DNA of 64,000 nucleotides from Macrostomum hystrix (GCA_950097015.1 CATNEN010000011.1:3534001-3598000), one strand, 5' to 3'. Shown: positions 48,201 through 60,479, numbered from the stretch's first letter. The notes: generated by a model from the letters alone, not told the origin. Made by a program: numbers and translations.

Positions 48201-51200
48201 TGCTTACAACTGTTCAGTCCATGGACTGTGGGCACGCGAAACCCACCTTCAATCACCCCAGCTGGTACCCATTTAACAGCTGGGTGAACTGAAGCAATGC
48301 AGAGTAAAGTGTCTTGCTAAAGTACACTAATTGTTACATTGGAGTCGGGAATCGAACCCCCGACCTTTTAGGTCGTGAGTCTGAAGCTCTAACCACTTGG
48401 CTTGGCTCTAAGCCCATATAACCCTTAGCAAAAACGCATTTACATCAGGAAACGGGCTTGTTATTCAATTAGTTTTACTTTGTAAAACCATTTTTAATTA
48501 GTTACTAATGTGCTCCGACTGAAAAGTAGAAACAGACGCTTGACAGGATTTTTACGCAATTTGTATCGACATGTCCATCAACCGACTGTCATTGTCGTCA
48601 GACATTGTTACGAATACGAGTATTATGCGAATAAATCAAGTTTAAATTATTTATTATAATATTCTATTATTATTTTCAATTTCAATTCTGCTCAATATAA
48701 AAAATAGTACTCACCACACCCCACCAGAGAGCATCCGCATAGTTACTAATCTGAGTGTCCTGCTCGTCCTTCTCGATCAGGTACATGACGAATGAGCTGA
48801 ATATCAGGCCGAGAAATCCGATGTACACTGTGGTAAATAGCTCCTGAGGATTTCGAGGAAATATAAAAATCTGCGTATCTAATTTTACTTTTTTCCTACT
48901 TTTCAGTGTGGAGCATAGATTCCCATGGTTGATATTGATTACATTTAGTCATATCAGTTTATGTCATAAGCGACAGATGGCTTCGTTGAAAAATGGTTCA
49001 AGCCTCGATCTAAAAAGCATTCATTGACTAAAATAACAACTCATGTGCTCATCTGTCTAAAGTTTTAAGCTTTCTATCTCAAACCTTCTCTCTGCAGATC
49101 ACTTTCAACTTTTCATGCTTCGAAGGCTCTTGAGCATGGGGGTGCTCGGGTGAGATCTCTCGGCGTTTCTAGTCGACTGGATTGACCAGTGGCTGATTTC
49201 AGCCATTTTCGTTCGATTGCTTGACTCTATATTCTAGAGTATTAAGTTGACACCAAACAAACCTCGAATTTTTTTCTAAAAAAGCCTAGTTTTAGGTGAC
49301 ATATTACGTTATTGAAAGCAAATCAACTGAAGTCGGTGAGCAAAAGTGCATACTACCGACCTGTCTGTGCGCCCACACAACAGACGCCAGAAGCTTCCAG
49401 CTGCCGCCCCGCCGGTCCATGCGAATCATGCGCAGGATCTGGAAGAAGCGAAGGCCGCGTAGCGCCGAAGCTGCAAACACCTGCCGGTCACTGCCCAGGG
49501 CCAGCACAATCACCGAGGCTGTGATTACGATCAGGTCTGGAAGGAGTGTCAGACAGGCATGGAGGATTAGAAACAATTAATTCTCGATTAACGCAGCTTG
49601 CTTATATTCAAAGGCCTCCTAAAGTCCCTCTGCTCCGATAAGTTTCTAAGAAGCGACTTTTTGGATCGATAAAAATAAATTATTTTAATTTTAATTTTAA
49701 TTGCCAGAAGGCCGTACACACTGACGCATCATTCGTTGACATTACGGTCAACCCTGTAGCCATAATAATAATAATAATTGCAGGAGGACTGCGGACAATG
49801 ACACATCGTTTGGTGACACTAGACCCGACGCCAGCGAGGAGACAATTCTGCCCATTTCGCTGACTCCTGAGCACACACGCACACAGATACTGTACGCAGG
49901 CACTAGCTCACACAGGTGTACATCTGCCCTGAATTTCTCATCGTCAGGCAGCGTACACTTCACACTGCATTGGAGGCGTAAATTGCACCCCAAATAAACG
50001 TGAACTCGCCGCTGAATCTAGCTCAGGGACATTGGTGCGGGAGGCAAACGCGTTAGCCACTCTGCCACCGACCACCTGAAGGCTTTAAACCGCCGTGTCG
50101 CTTCTCAGCGTCAGCCACCACCGTTTTAGTACTAAATGAACTTTGGTACAGCTTTTTATCTAGACGCCATTTTGTCAATTCGAACTTTTGAGAAAATTTC
50201 CTTTCCAAGAATGTGCGGAGTGCAGATGTGCTGTCGGTATGGTCTCAGCTGGAAGCCGAAAATTGGTTTTCCCGATTCAATGGCTTGATAAAAGAATCCT
50301 AAAAGTGGGAAAAATGAAAAATGATTACAGCCAGTCATTGACAAATGAAGACACTAGGGCAAGCTTCTCAAATCCCATGAAGAATTTTCCTTTACCCCTT
50401 ACCCAACTTTTTTCCCTACTCAGTCCCAAAAATGTATTATTTCTTATTTTATTTCGAAGCTGCCAAATAGGGAGGCAACATGCAGCACAGGCCACAGGCT
50501 GTGATAAGCTACACCCACCACTGACGCGAGAACGACTGGACAAGCGAGAACACTGTAATCTGACACCCATCAAGATAGAGAAAGAGAGAGAGGGAGACAG
50601 TGAAAGTTCCGACACCTCCTATATCCCCATCGCGCCCCCTAAGGCTCTCCTTCCCCCTCTCATCATCTCGCTGCCTTTCGTTCGGAGCCACGCAGGGGAT
50701 CTGGGTGGGAGTTGGTCGGGGCAGAACATCTTCAAACATCTCTGCATGGGCACTTGGCCTGTGCGAGAGGGGGCACTTCGGGGTTGACAGGTCCTGCAGC
50801 AGGGAGAGACGATAGCGATGCAGGGGATGGGAGGCTGGTTTCTGTGGGATGCAGCTGGCTAGCTCTCTGGGGACGGTTTGGTCTGGAGGTCTTCTTTGCG
50901 GCCTCATCTTTGAGGCCTCATTGCTCAGACTCACAAGCGGAGGACGGCTGGGCGGGACAGACACCAAGCAGTCTGTTGCTAAGGGTTGGTGGAAGCCTTT
51001 GCGACATCTGATGAGAAAATTTGCTGCCTTTTTGTGTGGGATTCTTCTGCTAGCCCTCTGTTCTTTTAGTTTTTCTTCTATGCTTTTTTCAGTGAGGCAC
51101 CTCATTTGGTTTGACACTGGCATTCTTTATAGACCACACCCGATAGCGCCTGAAATATCACCAATGTGTTGACCGAGGGGTTTTTCGCAGTCAAAAGCGT

Positions 51201-54200
51201 TGAAAAAATGTGGACAAGCACCAGTGGAGCAATATACCACGCCCTGATTTCTCAGGATCTCTTTCGCGAATCTCCCATCTAATTATTTGGATGCTTGCGA
51301 GATCATTATTACAGTCGACGGACAGTATTTAGCCAAATTGTGTTTTACGATCCACAGACACATATTTTCGCCACTATAGGTTAGATTTTTCAGAGAAGCT
51401 GGTTTTTAGTGACCGACTAGAAGATTAAGAAGCAAGCAAGACCCCCTCACCCGATGCAACTGATTGGCGGTAATGCAAACATGCGAAAAAGGCGAGAGTA
51501 AATTTATGCGAGCGAGTATATCTAGAAGAAAAATGTGCACTCACACAGATAGACAGACTGGCACACACGCGAACACTTATTCGGACCGCGTGTGATGCCC
51601 TGCTTGGCTTAGAATCCCCATTCACTTTCAGCTCCCCATAGCCGACAATAAATCACTGCCTAGCCCGCTGCTCAGCTGTGTAGAAAAGGCGGAAAGACGG
51701 GGCCTGGGCCTCCATAACTCGCCACTGGGTGAGCTCTGGGGTTAATCTGGCGGCCGCGCGCAGTCTGATCCTCTCAATCTCGATTCTCCATCTCCTTCTC
51801 CTTCTTATTCTCCTTTTCCTCTCTCCCGGGCTGCTTTCTACCCTGCCCCATCTGTCAGGTGGTCTCAGCAAACGCGAGCACACATCCACACACACTACGG
51901 CCTCTGCGAGGTCTGAAAGCTAGAGACCGATAAGAGGAAAGCGGGGCAGTTGGTGTAGCCCGCTATAGGTTGGACTTTATCCTCAATCAGCCAGTTTGGT
52001 CTTTTTGTTTTCCAATTTCTCCAAAAACGTTTCCTCGTCACTGAAGCTGCTACTTGATTGTGTGATAGGTACATTCATTTGCCTAGCTCTGTGTCAACCA
52101 TAATGCACATAAAATATTAGCATACATTTATGGTAGACATCTGTTCACTAGATATATTAGCCAAATTATTGGGCTACTGACTTCGCATATTTTTCACTGT
52201 AATTTTCTAATCCCATTCTGGGGAAGGAAACTAAAGGGATCTACTGGTATTTTTAGAACCTGTGATTTCTAAGCTTCGCCGACAGTTCATGACTTACTAA
52301 TTATAGGATCATATTTTAGGTTGAAGCAACTTCTGCCTACAAAAAGACACAACTGATTATAGTAGATTAAATTTGATTTGCCTCTAACTATAGCCGTTAG
52401 ACGCAGTAAATCTTGTCATTAACATGAAATTACACACAATTTAGTCTAAATTTACTACGAGTAAACTCAGTTAATAGGTGCTTCTAGAAATTTTTAAACC
52501 TCATTGACTACACCTGCGCAATCGGGCCACATGTTCAGCCGACAGCACAAGCCGCAGCTATTGCGGGGCGCATCTGAAGGCTGCGTACGACTGTTCAGTC
52601 CGTGGACTGGCGGGATGCCAAACCCACGCTCAATTACCCAAGCTAATGCTGGTACCCATTTAACAGCAATGCAGAGCTAAGTGTCTTGCTAATGGACACA
52701 GGTTGTTCCCACGCAGTCTGGAATCGAACCCGGAGCTACAAGTCAGTCCGAGTCCTTTAGTCCGGCACTCGAACCACTAGGCTAAAACCGCCAGCAAGTC
52801 TCATTATCATGATCACCAGCATTGTAACTGAGTCACCAGCAGCTCACCAACGATGCAGAATGGTCGTCGGGCGAACAGCAGCCGACCACGCCAGCCCTGA
52901 TAGCGGCTGCGGCAGCCGGCAGACCACATGCGAAGGCAGTACTCGGTGAAGAACCAGAATAGCATGCCAGTCTCCTGCATGGAATTAGCCAGATGGAATT
53001 CGATGAGATCTTGTCATTCTGAACCTATAAGAACCATTCAAATCAACCATTCAAATTCAAGAACCATTCAAATCATGATGGCTTTTTCACTCACCATATA
53101 GAAGAGAATCTCGCTGGCGATTTCATTGTGCTTAAAGGCTACCTGGTTCTTTCCGCATGTGGTTGGCGGCGCGCCGCTGGCCACCTTGGCGTCCTTGGTG
53201 TCCCTGTGATCTCGGACACAGTTAGTCATTGTTGACAGCACGGAGAACACGAGACAGATAAACACGGACGCGAAGCTGCAGATGTTTAGGGATGCGGAGG
53301 GAGGTAATGAGAAAAGTCTTCTATTTCAAAGAGGGTGAAGCAAATTAGGGAAATTCGCAATTGAAATCCTGAGCCAGCTGCACTTCAAAGTCATCGGTAA
53401 TTCAAAACCTGATTGATCAATAGAAATCAGAAGTATTTCGATGCAAAGAAAGCTTCTAATTAATCTATATTCTAATTAGAACCAAAATTTGAGGTACCAA
53501 ATCAAGATATTCAGACTGTGTAGTCCGATGCCAAAACTTCCCTCGGTAAAAGTCGATGTGTTTTGTAATTTTTTCAGTTGAATAAGAAACTGGACAGGAG
53601 GCAAAGAGTCTATTCATACGTACTCAGCTGGTTTCGTTAATAAGTTTAAAGCGCAACTTAAAAACTAAATCAACAAAAGAGTTGGCCTGTAAAAAATGGA
53701 ATTTTAAGGAATAAATCTGTTTGTCTGTTCCAGGAGCCACGAAACCATCTAGGATCAATCAATCATTTTTGCCTAGCTCTGTTTGCGTTGGAGAGAAGTG
53801 CAGAATACGAGCTAGTTCGTTGAGTGAGCGAGTTGCTTAACTCAAGTATAGTGCTTAATTCAATTGAGTGGATGTGGGATTATACGCATAAAGTTCATGT
53901 TAGTCAAGGCACATGCCACACTAAAACTGTCATTAATTAAGCATGGTACAGGGCCGGCAGATCGGCCAGTTTCAAGTTTTGGGAGCTCGTTAAGTTGCAG
54001 AGAAAAATCTTGTCTAGCTTAGGCGAGCAGTTTTCAAGTATCTGGTGGCTGGAATTAGTACAAACTACTCGCATATATAGCTGAGTAAGCAGCACTCAAC
54101 TAAGCCGAGGTCCCCCGACAATTAGTTGGCTGTGGAGACGTATCTAATGCAAAAGGTAGAACTATGCCTCGGGCAGGTATGAGCCTGCGTGAGAGGGGCT

Positions 54201-55188
54201 CTTCATAGTTGAAAAGTTTTACATGCAGGTTAGAAATTATCGTCACGTGACTGAGTGGCGATGGGATCGATGAAAAAGTGTGATAGAGAGAAACGAGATA
54301 CACACTTTACAGATAACTTACAGCAATGAAATTTTACACCGAGGAAAACACGAATGTGTTTCCGGTACAGAGCAAACCCGCGTATAGTGTGTGGGCATGC
54401 ACAGCTTGACGTAGTCGGGGTCAATAGTCAGTCTGAATGCACTTAGTCAGGCTGAACAGCCATGGTCTGATTGTAAAATACAGCAATTCGCTATGAGAAG
54501 TCGCTAACGACTTGACGATTAGGCATAGGGGATAAACTGGGAAAGGTAAATTGTGATGTGAGACCCAGGGCAAACACAGATGAATAGATATTTGCTATTC
54601 AGCGTGTGCATGGGTGTGCATGGGTGTGGCGCGAACTAGGCGCAAATATTCCCATAATGAGTAAATAGAAATCGGTAACACGAGCCAGATACAATCCCAC
54701 AAATACCCTGTCCTGAACTTGTGAACCTGCTTGCAGTCTTACATTCTAGCACCTAACACAACATAGAAACTAAAGCAATTGGGCGAAACATTTGATTAGT
54801 ACTCACACAATCACGTGATAAGTGATGGACTGCCATGTCTTCGGCCGTTCCAGGAAGTTGTAGACCCTGGCCTGCAGGCGCCGATACTTGGCGTCCTGCC
54901 GGGAGTTCTTCAACCCCAGCGGCTTGCCCAGAAGCGACATTCGAGGCTTGGCGTACCGAGAACTGCTGCTTAAGGCCCGCAGCCGATGGTCGTCGATCGA
55001 CGAACCGACTCCGCCCTCCTCGTCGCCGCCGTCATCACCCGACGCGCGAAGGTTCCGACGATTTCGTCGATACTGTGTAGAAGGCTGCTGTTGCGGCTGC
55101 GTCGGCTGCTGCTGCTGAGGTTGCTCCAATGTAGAATCAGGTATCGAGCTAATTTGCGAAGCCGAAAACAGGACTTGATCTTCTCGAT
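37831..55188 (-). CDS. KCNQ: KCNQ (Kv7) voltage-gated potassium channel, >=1090 aa, 12 coding exons identified plus one alternative pore exon
   Basis: MSLLGKP...[15 protein letters not shown]; S4 [25 protein letters not shown]; pore [17 protein letters not shown]; S6 [18 protein letters not shown]; IQ helix A ([11 protein letters not shown]); helices B/C ([37 protein letters not shown]); helix D ([19 protein letters not shown]). All exon phases are compatible. The true start is not determined. Confidence 0.96.
39364..39460 (-). CDS. KCNQ: KCNQ exon (C-D linker)
   Basis: AG|[33 protein letters not shown] |GTAAG. Confidence 0.92.
39536..39725 (-). CDS. KCNQ: KCNQ exon (helices B and C)
   Basis: CAG| [64 protein letters not shown] |GTAAT. 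Confidence 0.93.
41112..41173 (-). CDS. KCNQ: KCNQ exon (A-B linker, 62 nt)
   Basis: The splice-site pair found in this GC-rich patch (CCAG|T...AGC G|GTGAGG) that joins the phase-2 upstream and phase-1 downstream exons. Confidence 0.6.
42301..42510 (-). CDS. KCNQ: KCNQ exon (A-B linker)
   Basis: GACAG|[27 protein letters not shown]...SSGG AA|GTGAGT. Confidence 0.8.
44387..44571 (-). CDS. KCNQ: KCNQ exon (end of S6 + helix A)
   Basis: TTTCAG| [42 protein letters not shown]...ATWKPH |GTAAG. Confidence 0.94.
45050..45970. repeat. 16-bp minisatellite (AATCTCTCCCGTGTAG and variants)
   Basis: About 57 tandem units in the intron downstream of pore exon A. Confidence 0.95.
46105..46215 (-). CDS. 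KCNQ: KCNQ pore/S6 exon A (canonical)
   Basis: TGCAG| [37 protein letters not shown] |GTAAG; 111 nt, phase 0-0. Confidence 0.95.
46341..46400 (-). promoter_or_regulatory. Intronic sequence complementary to both pore exons (candidate docking/ECS element)
   Basis: The plus strand reads GACACC..GTTGGCAGA..CACCCTGTG..ACAGT.GGGCTATGGC, which is the exon-sense sequence, so the pre-mRNA carries its reverse complement. The sequence match is certain; the function is inferred. Confidence 0.55.
46640..47200. repeat. 16-bp minisatellite (TCAACTCACTCCATTC and variants)
   Basis: About 35 tandem units between the two pore exons. Confidence 0.95.
47698..47808 (-). CDS. KCNQ: KCNQ pore/S6 exon B (duplicated, divergent; candidate mutually exclusive exon)
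   Basis: CTAAC branch point...GTTGGCAG| [37 protein letters not shown] |GTGAG; 111 nt, phase 0-0, no stop. Confidence 0.8.
48150..48400 (-). mobile_element. SINE family 1
   Basis: AGTGGTTAGAGC...GGGGTTCGATTCCCGAC...TTTAGCAAGACACTTTA...AAATGGGTACC. Confidence 0.8.
48715..48843 (-). CDS. KCNQ: KCNQ exon (S5 + pore helix)
   Basis: CAG| [43 protein letters not shown] |GTGAGT. Confidence 0.95.
49361..49536 (-). CDS. KCNQ: KCNQ exon (S3-S4)
   Basis: CCAG| [59 protein letters not shown] |GT. Confidence 0.95.
49775..50075 (-). mobile_element. SINE family 2
   Basis: GGTGGCAGAGTGGCTAACGCG head, family-2 body and (ATT)n tail. Confidence 0.75.
52505..52790 (-). mobile_element. SINE family 1
   Basis: TAGCCTAGTGGTTCGAG...GGGTTCGATTCC...TTAGCAAGACACTTA...AAATGGGTACC. 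Confidence 0.8.
52848..52974 (-). CDS. KCNQ: KCNQ exon (S2 to start of S3)
   Basis: GCAG| [43 protein letters not shown]|GTGAG. Confidence 0.95.
53095..53275 (-). CDS. KCNQ: KCNQ exon (S1 + long S1-S2 loop)
   Basis: GCAG|[17 protein letters not shown]...EILFYM |GTGAGT. Confidence 0.92.
54807..55188 (-). CDS. KCNQ: KCNQ N-terminal exon
   Basis: ...[46 protein letters not shown] |GTGAGT. The acceptor at 55189-90 is likely; the first in-exon ATG is at MSLLGK, so either an upstream coding exon exists or translation starts there. Confidence 0.85.
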
Positions 55189-56354
55189 CTACGAATGGGC
55201 GTTGGAAGGTGAGGTAAAACAATAGCGGTAGGAATCAAACGACTAAGGTATTGTTTGGCCCAGAAAATAAGCGATCGCGACTGTTTAGTCGGGAGCAGAT
55301 TTCCAGACGGCTGGTAATGCGGGATGTATAGACTGGGCGCCGAGCCCAACCCCCGCTGCTTTGATTATATTTCTCCCTTTCCTCTCTCTGTCTGTCTCGC
55401 TGCCTCTTTCTTTCTCTCTTCCCACTTCTCCCACCCTCAATCCGACCTCTCCGCCACTTTTGGCAGGCCGTCCGCAGCCTCTCGGCAACCATATGCGGGA
55501 GAATCTTCCCCTTACTAGATCTTCCGTCTCTCTCCAGTTCTCAGTCCTCGGCCGCAGATCGGTGCAATGGCTTCCGGGCCGGCCCCAATGCGGCCGTGGG
55601 GCGGGCGGGAGGAACGGTGGAAGAGGAGAACGGGGGATTTTTTGGTCGCCCGGGATCTGAACAACAATACCTCAGAGGTACCTCAGCTTTGCTTTGGATC
55701 GGAGCACGGGACAGAGAGAAGCGGGGCAAGAATCGACAGCTCGCGTTGTCCCCACCCCTCGCCGCGGTGAGTTCTGTCAATGGCCCTCATTTCCTGCTTT
55801 CCCCTCGCGCTCACTAGCCTCCTCTTAGCCACCCCGGGCAGCAACCGAGGCGCCTAGCCAACAGCAGCGAGGAGCTCGCTGGCCTGCGTGTGAAGAGCCG
55901 TCAGCGGGGATTTCTTGGTTTTCCCCGCAACTCGCGAGCGGCTTTGCCAGGCTTCTCCTATTGAGCTCAATGGGAAATGCAGAGCGGAACATTGTTGGAG
56001 AGCTTTGCTCTTGTGATTTTTTTCAATTTTGTTTTCCTGTTAGTGTTGCAGCGCGCCAATTTGTTTTACTTGTTCTCAATTGGGGGATTTTGGCTCGTAA
56101 CGATTGGGAATATTCTTCCCAGAGACTATATCAGCCGACTGGTGTTCTTTGAAGGGCTTTGTTTTGAGCTTCTGAGTTTGCTGGTCTTGCTTTATAATGA
56201 CTATTTACTATGCTTTTGCATTTTATATATGTTTCAGCTCATTTACTTTGCTCTTCTTGATCATTGTTTATTATTTTATATCCATCAAAAATTGTAGGGA
56301 AAATAATAGGAAAAGGGAAAATTCACTTTTCCCTTTTGATTCTCTCCAAATCTA

Positions 56355-58230
56355 CCTCACACTGCCTCACTCTGCCTCACTCTGCCTCACTCTGCCTCAC
56401 TCTGCCTCACTCTGCCTCACTCTGCCTCACACTGCCTCACTCTGCCTCACTCTGCCTCACTCTGCCTCACTCTGCCTCACTCTGCCTCACTCTGCCTCAC
56501 TCTGCCTCACACTGCCTCACTCTGCCTCACTCTGCCTCACTCTGCCTCACTCTGCCTCACTCTACCTCACTCTCCCTTACTCTGCCTCACACTGCCTCAC
56601 TCTGCCTCACTCTGCCTCACTCTGCCTCACTCTGCCTCACACTGCCTCACTCTGCCTCACTCTGCCTCACTCTGCCTCACTCTGCCTCACTCTGCCTCAC
56701 TCTGCCTCACTCTGCCTCACTCTGCCTCACACTGCCTCACTCTGCCTCACACTGCCTCACTCTGCTTCACTCTGCCTCATTCTGCCTCACTCTGCCTCAC
56801 TCTGCCTCACTCTGCCCTCACTCTGCCTCACTCTGCCTCACTCTGCCTCACTCTGCCTCACTCTGCCTCACTCTGCCTCACTCTGCCTCACTCTGCCTCA
56901 CTCTGCCTCACTCTGCCTCACTCTGCCTCACTCTGCCCTCACTCTGCCTCACTCTGCCTCACTCTGCTTCACTCTGCCCTCACTCTGCCTCACTCTGCCT
57001 CACTCTGCCTCACTCTGCCTCACTCTGCCTCACTCTGCCTCACTCTGCCTCACTCTGCCTCACTCTGCCTCACTCTGCCTCACTCTGACTCACTCTGCCT
57101 CACTCTGACTCACTCTGCCTCACTCTGACTCACTCTGCCTCACTCTGCCTCACTCTGCCTCACTCTGACTCACTCTGCCTCACTCTGCCTCACTCTGCCT
57201 CACTCTGCCTCACTCTACCTCACTCTCCCTTACTCTGCCTCACACTGCCTCACTCTGCCTCACTCTGCCTCACTCTGCCTCACTCTGCCTCACACTGCCT
57301 CACTCTGCCTCACTCTGCCTCACTCTGCCTCACTCTGCCTCACTCTGCCTCACTCTGCCTCACTCTGCCTCACACTGCCTCACTCTGCCTCACTCTGCCT
57401 CACTCTGCCTCACTCTGCCTCACTCTGCCTCACTCTGCCTCACTCTGCCTCACTCTGCCTCACTCTGCCTCACTCTGCCTCACTCTGCCTCACTCTGCCT
57501 CACTCTGCCTCACACTGCCTCACTCTGCCTCACACTGCCTCACTCTGCTTCACTCTGCCTCATTCTGCCTCACTCTGCCTCACTCTGCCTCACTCTGCCC
57601 TCACTCTGCCTCACTCTGCCTCACTCTGCCTCACTCTGCCTCACTCTGCCTCACTCTGCCTCACTCTGCCTCACTCTGCCTCACTCTGCCTCACTCTGCC
57701 TCACTCTGCCTCACTCTGCCCTCACTCTGCCTCACTCTGCCTCACTCTGCCTCACTCTGCCCTCACTCTGCCTCACTCTGCCTCACTCTGCCTCACTCTG
57801 CCTCACTCTGCCTCACTCTGCCTCACTCTGCCTCACTCTGCCTCACTCTGCCCTCACTCTGCCTCACTCTGCCTCACTCTGCCTCACTCTGACTCACTCT
57901 GCCTCACACTGCCTCACTCTGCCTCACTCTGCCTCACTCTGCCTCACTCTGCCCTCACTCTGCCCTCACTCTGCCTCACTCTGCCTCACTCTGCCTCACT
58001 CTGCCTCACTCTGACTCACTCTGCCTCACTCTGACTCACTCTGCCTCACTCTGACTCACTCTGCCTCACTCTGCCTCACTCTGCCTCACTCTGACTCACT
58101 CTGCCTCACTCTGACTCACTCTGCCTCACTCTGCCTCACTCCGCCTCACTCTGCCTCACTCTGCCTCACTCTGACTCACTCTGCCTCACTCTGACTCACT
58201 CTCCCTCACTCTACTTTACTCTTTCTCACT
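56355..58230. repeat. 10-bp minisatellite (TCTGCCTCAC)n
   Basis: About 185 units with scattered variants (ACTG, TCTGACTCAC, +C insertions). Confidence 0.97.
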
Positions 58231-60029
58231 TTCCCTTACTATCTCGGAAGACACATTCCTATAGAAAAAATATTATTATATTCCCCTGCAGTGATAATTT
58301 TTTCTTGTCCTGAAAAACATGCATATAGCTAGCCGCCAGTACCGGACGAGATTTTTTATCGGATGTAATAATTAATTATAGTCCACAAATTATATTACCG
58401 TTAGCTTTTGCATCTATTTTTCGATTTACTACTTCCTAACCGAATCATTCCGAAATCATTCGCTCTTCTCCTTCTGATAGTAATTATGTGGCCTCCGCTA
58501 CATAATTTTTGTGCTCAATAAGCCATAGTTCTCATCGATACCATTATAAATAAGACCAACACACTCATTTACTAATACCTAGGAAACTGGGTGAGTATAG
58601 TGTGCTACACGAAGCTCAGGTAAAGCTGCATAAAAACTTGAACATTGATTAACTATCGACCATTAGACGATAGAGCACTACTAAGTATAGATTAGCCTGA
58701 GCTAGCGAGAGTAACTCCTACGAGTATAGATCAATTGACAAGCATGGCAAGGCGGTAATGAACTAATGAACTATAACTGTGAGACGAGGACTCAAACTGT
58801 GAGTCCTAGATCTGAGAGAAGATTTCACGCTCGAATCGTCCTGTGAGACTATAGGGGGCCTTTTGGAATTTCTATTCGATTTCATTTGTACAGGAATTGC
58901 AGCTAAAATTGACCGGTCGTCCAGTTTCTCCGGTGCATTCTATTAGCGTTATATAACCAGATACTGTCCAGGTTAGTAAGAAGCTTTAGGCCTAATTAGG
59001 CAGGTATACTGGCATTTCTTCAACTTTTCTTCTCCTTTCCGATCGAGCGTATCCTCATCTTCGTCCTTCCTGTCTCCAATTTGGTGGAACGATCCACACA
59101 GTAGATCAGTGTATAGCAGTAGCTTAAAGTACATTTGACAGCATCCTATTGAATTTGGCTTAAGAGAAAAAAAATTAGGAGAATTAAGTCAACTCCGCCT
59201 CAACCGATTCGCTGCATCATGCTAATGAGCTCAACAGAATTCTCAACTAGGCAGCGCGCATCCTGGGTATCTGAATTGTATTTATTTGTTCTTCGTCAAC
59301 TAGTACTGACTGTCTAGCAAGTGATCAACGCATTTCATCAATCCATGCAAATCGAAAGACACTGACAGATCGTACCGAGTAGATAAAGCCAGCCAGATTC
59401 AAATCTTACAATGCTAGCCTTCTGTCCTCTTAATAATGATCGGCGTAAAAAGGGGGTTCACTGAGATTGAACAAAAATGGAAGAGGGAATTGCCCTGCCA
59501 TGTGTCGCCTGTCCGCCCTAGCAGACCCCGCCGTCTGCAGGCGGTCGATCCCCTTGGGAAATAGACTTGCAGAGTTTTCTAATTCCGAATCCCAAACTGG
59601 GCGGTGCGCGACTTTTTAGTTTTTTTATTTTTTTATCATAGCATTCTACCCGGTACCGGCTGGAAGAACCTCTGCCCCTTCCGCACACTTGGAAATCCTC
59701 TCGCTCTCGCTCTCCCACCCGTGCGACCTCTGAATCCCATGCCCAGAAACCGCCCGTATTCCCCCTCCTGGTCTTTCAATTATAATTCAAAGTTGTTCAG
59801 TTCACCACCGCATTGAGAGCTGGTGCCAGTAGGATTAATTCCCAGAAAATAAGACCTGCGCGCTTCTTTCCATAATTAAATGCGGCAATGGTCCGCTATG
59901 CGATACGAGCTAGAAATTAAATGAAGTAACAAATTTATATATTGAAAAAAAATCGTAAAACTAGGGGAAAATTTCCGGACGCAAATATTTTTACTTTAGT
60001 TGGCTTTAAATTCAATTGGAACAGAAGAC

Positions 60030-60125
60030 TGACAACTGTTCAGTCCATGGACTGGAGGACCATCAAAAGCACCCGCACTTTTTACCCAAATAGTAAGGGT
60101 ACCCATTTCACTGCTGACTGAACAG
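60030..60125 (-). mobile_element. SINE family 1 fragment
   Basis: AAATGGGTACC...CAGTCCATGGACTGAACAG remnant. Confidence 0.5.
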
Positions 60126-60479
60126 GAGTTTCGCATTACCTGATTTGGCACTTCCTTAATAATTTATTTGACAAAAATGGTTCTCAGTTGCGTGCGTTGT
60201 CAAATAATTCAGATACTGTTCTGATCTTGAATGTATAATAAGCTATAGACCCTATTATTTCCCAATTTTCCCAAAGTTAATTAGTCATTTGATCTGAACT
60301 AAAATCAACAGGAGATTAGCTGAGCCTAGAGTACTACGAGTACATACACTTGTAATTTAATGTAGATCAACAAACAGAAGTAAGAGCATTGCTTCTGGGA
60401 CATTGTAGTTTGTGCTTTGCTTATCTAGGAAACTGCTTCTAGGACACAGTTCTAGGATCCCTGATCAAATCTAATCAAT

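Noticed and set aside
48330-48400. tRNA-like A/B boxes (also at 5489, 19397, 34700, 50050, 52720)
   Set aside because: They continue into shared SINE bodies and tails and lack a complete cloverleaf, so they are SINE heads, not tRNA genes.
56197-57108. LCLTLPHSAS repeat ORFs
   Set aside because: Translation of a 10-bp satellite; 1-nt insertions shift frames freely.
59500-59830. GC-rich patch as a possible upstream KCNQ first coding exon
   Set aside because: No convincing ATG plus phase-1 donor was found; left uncalled.
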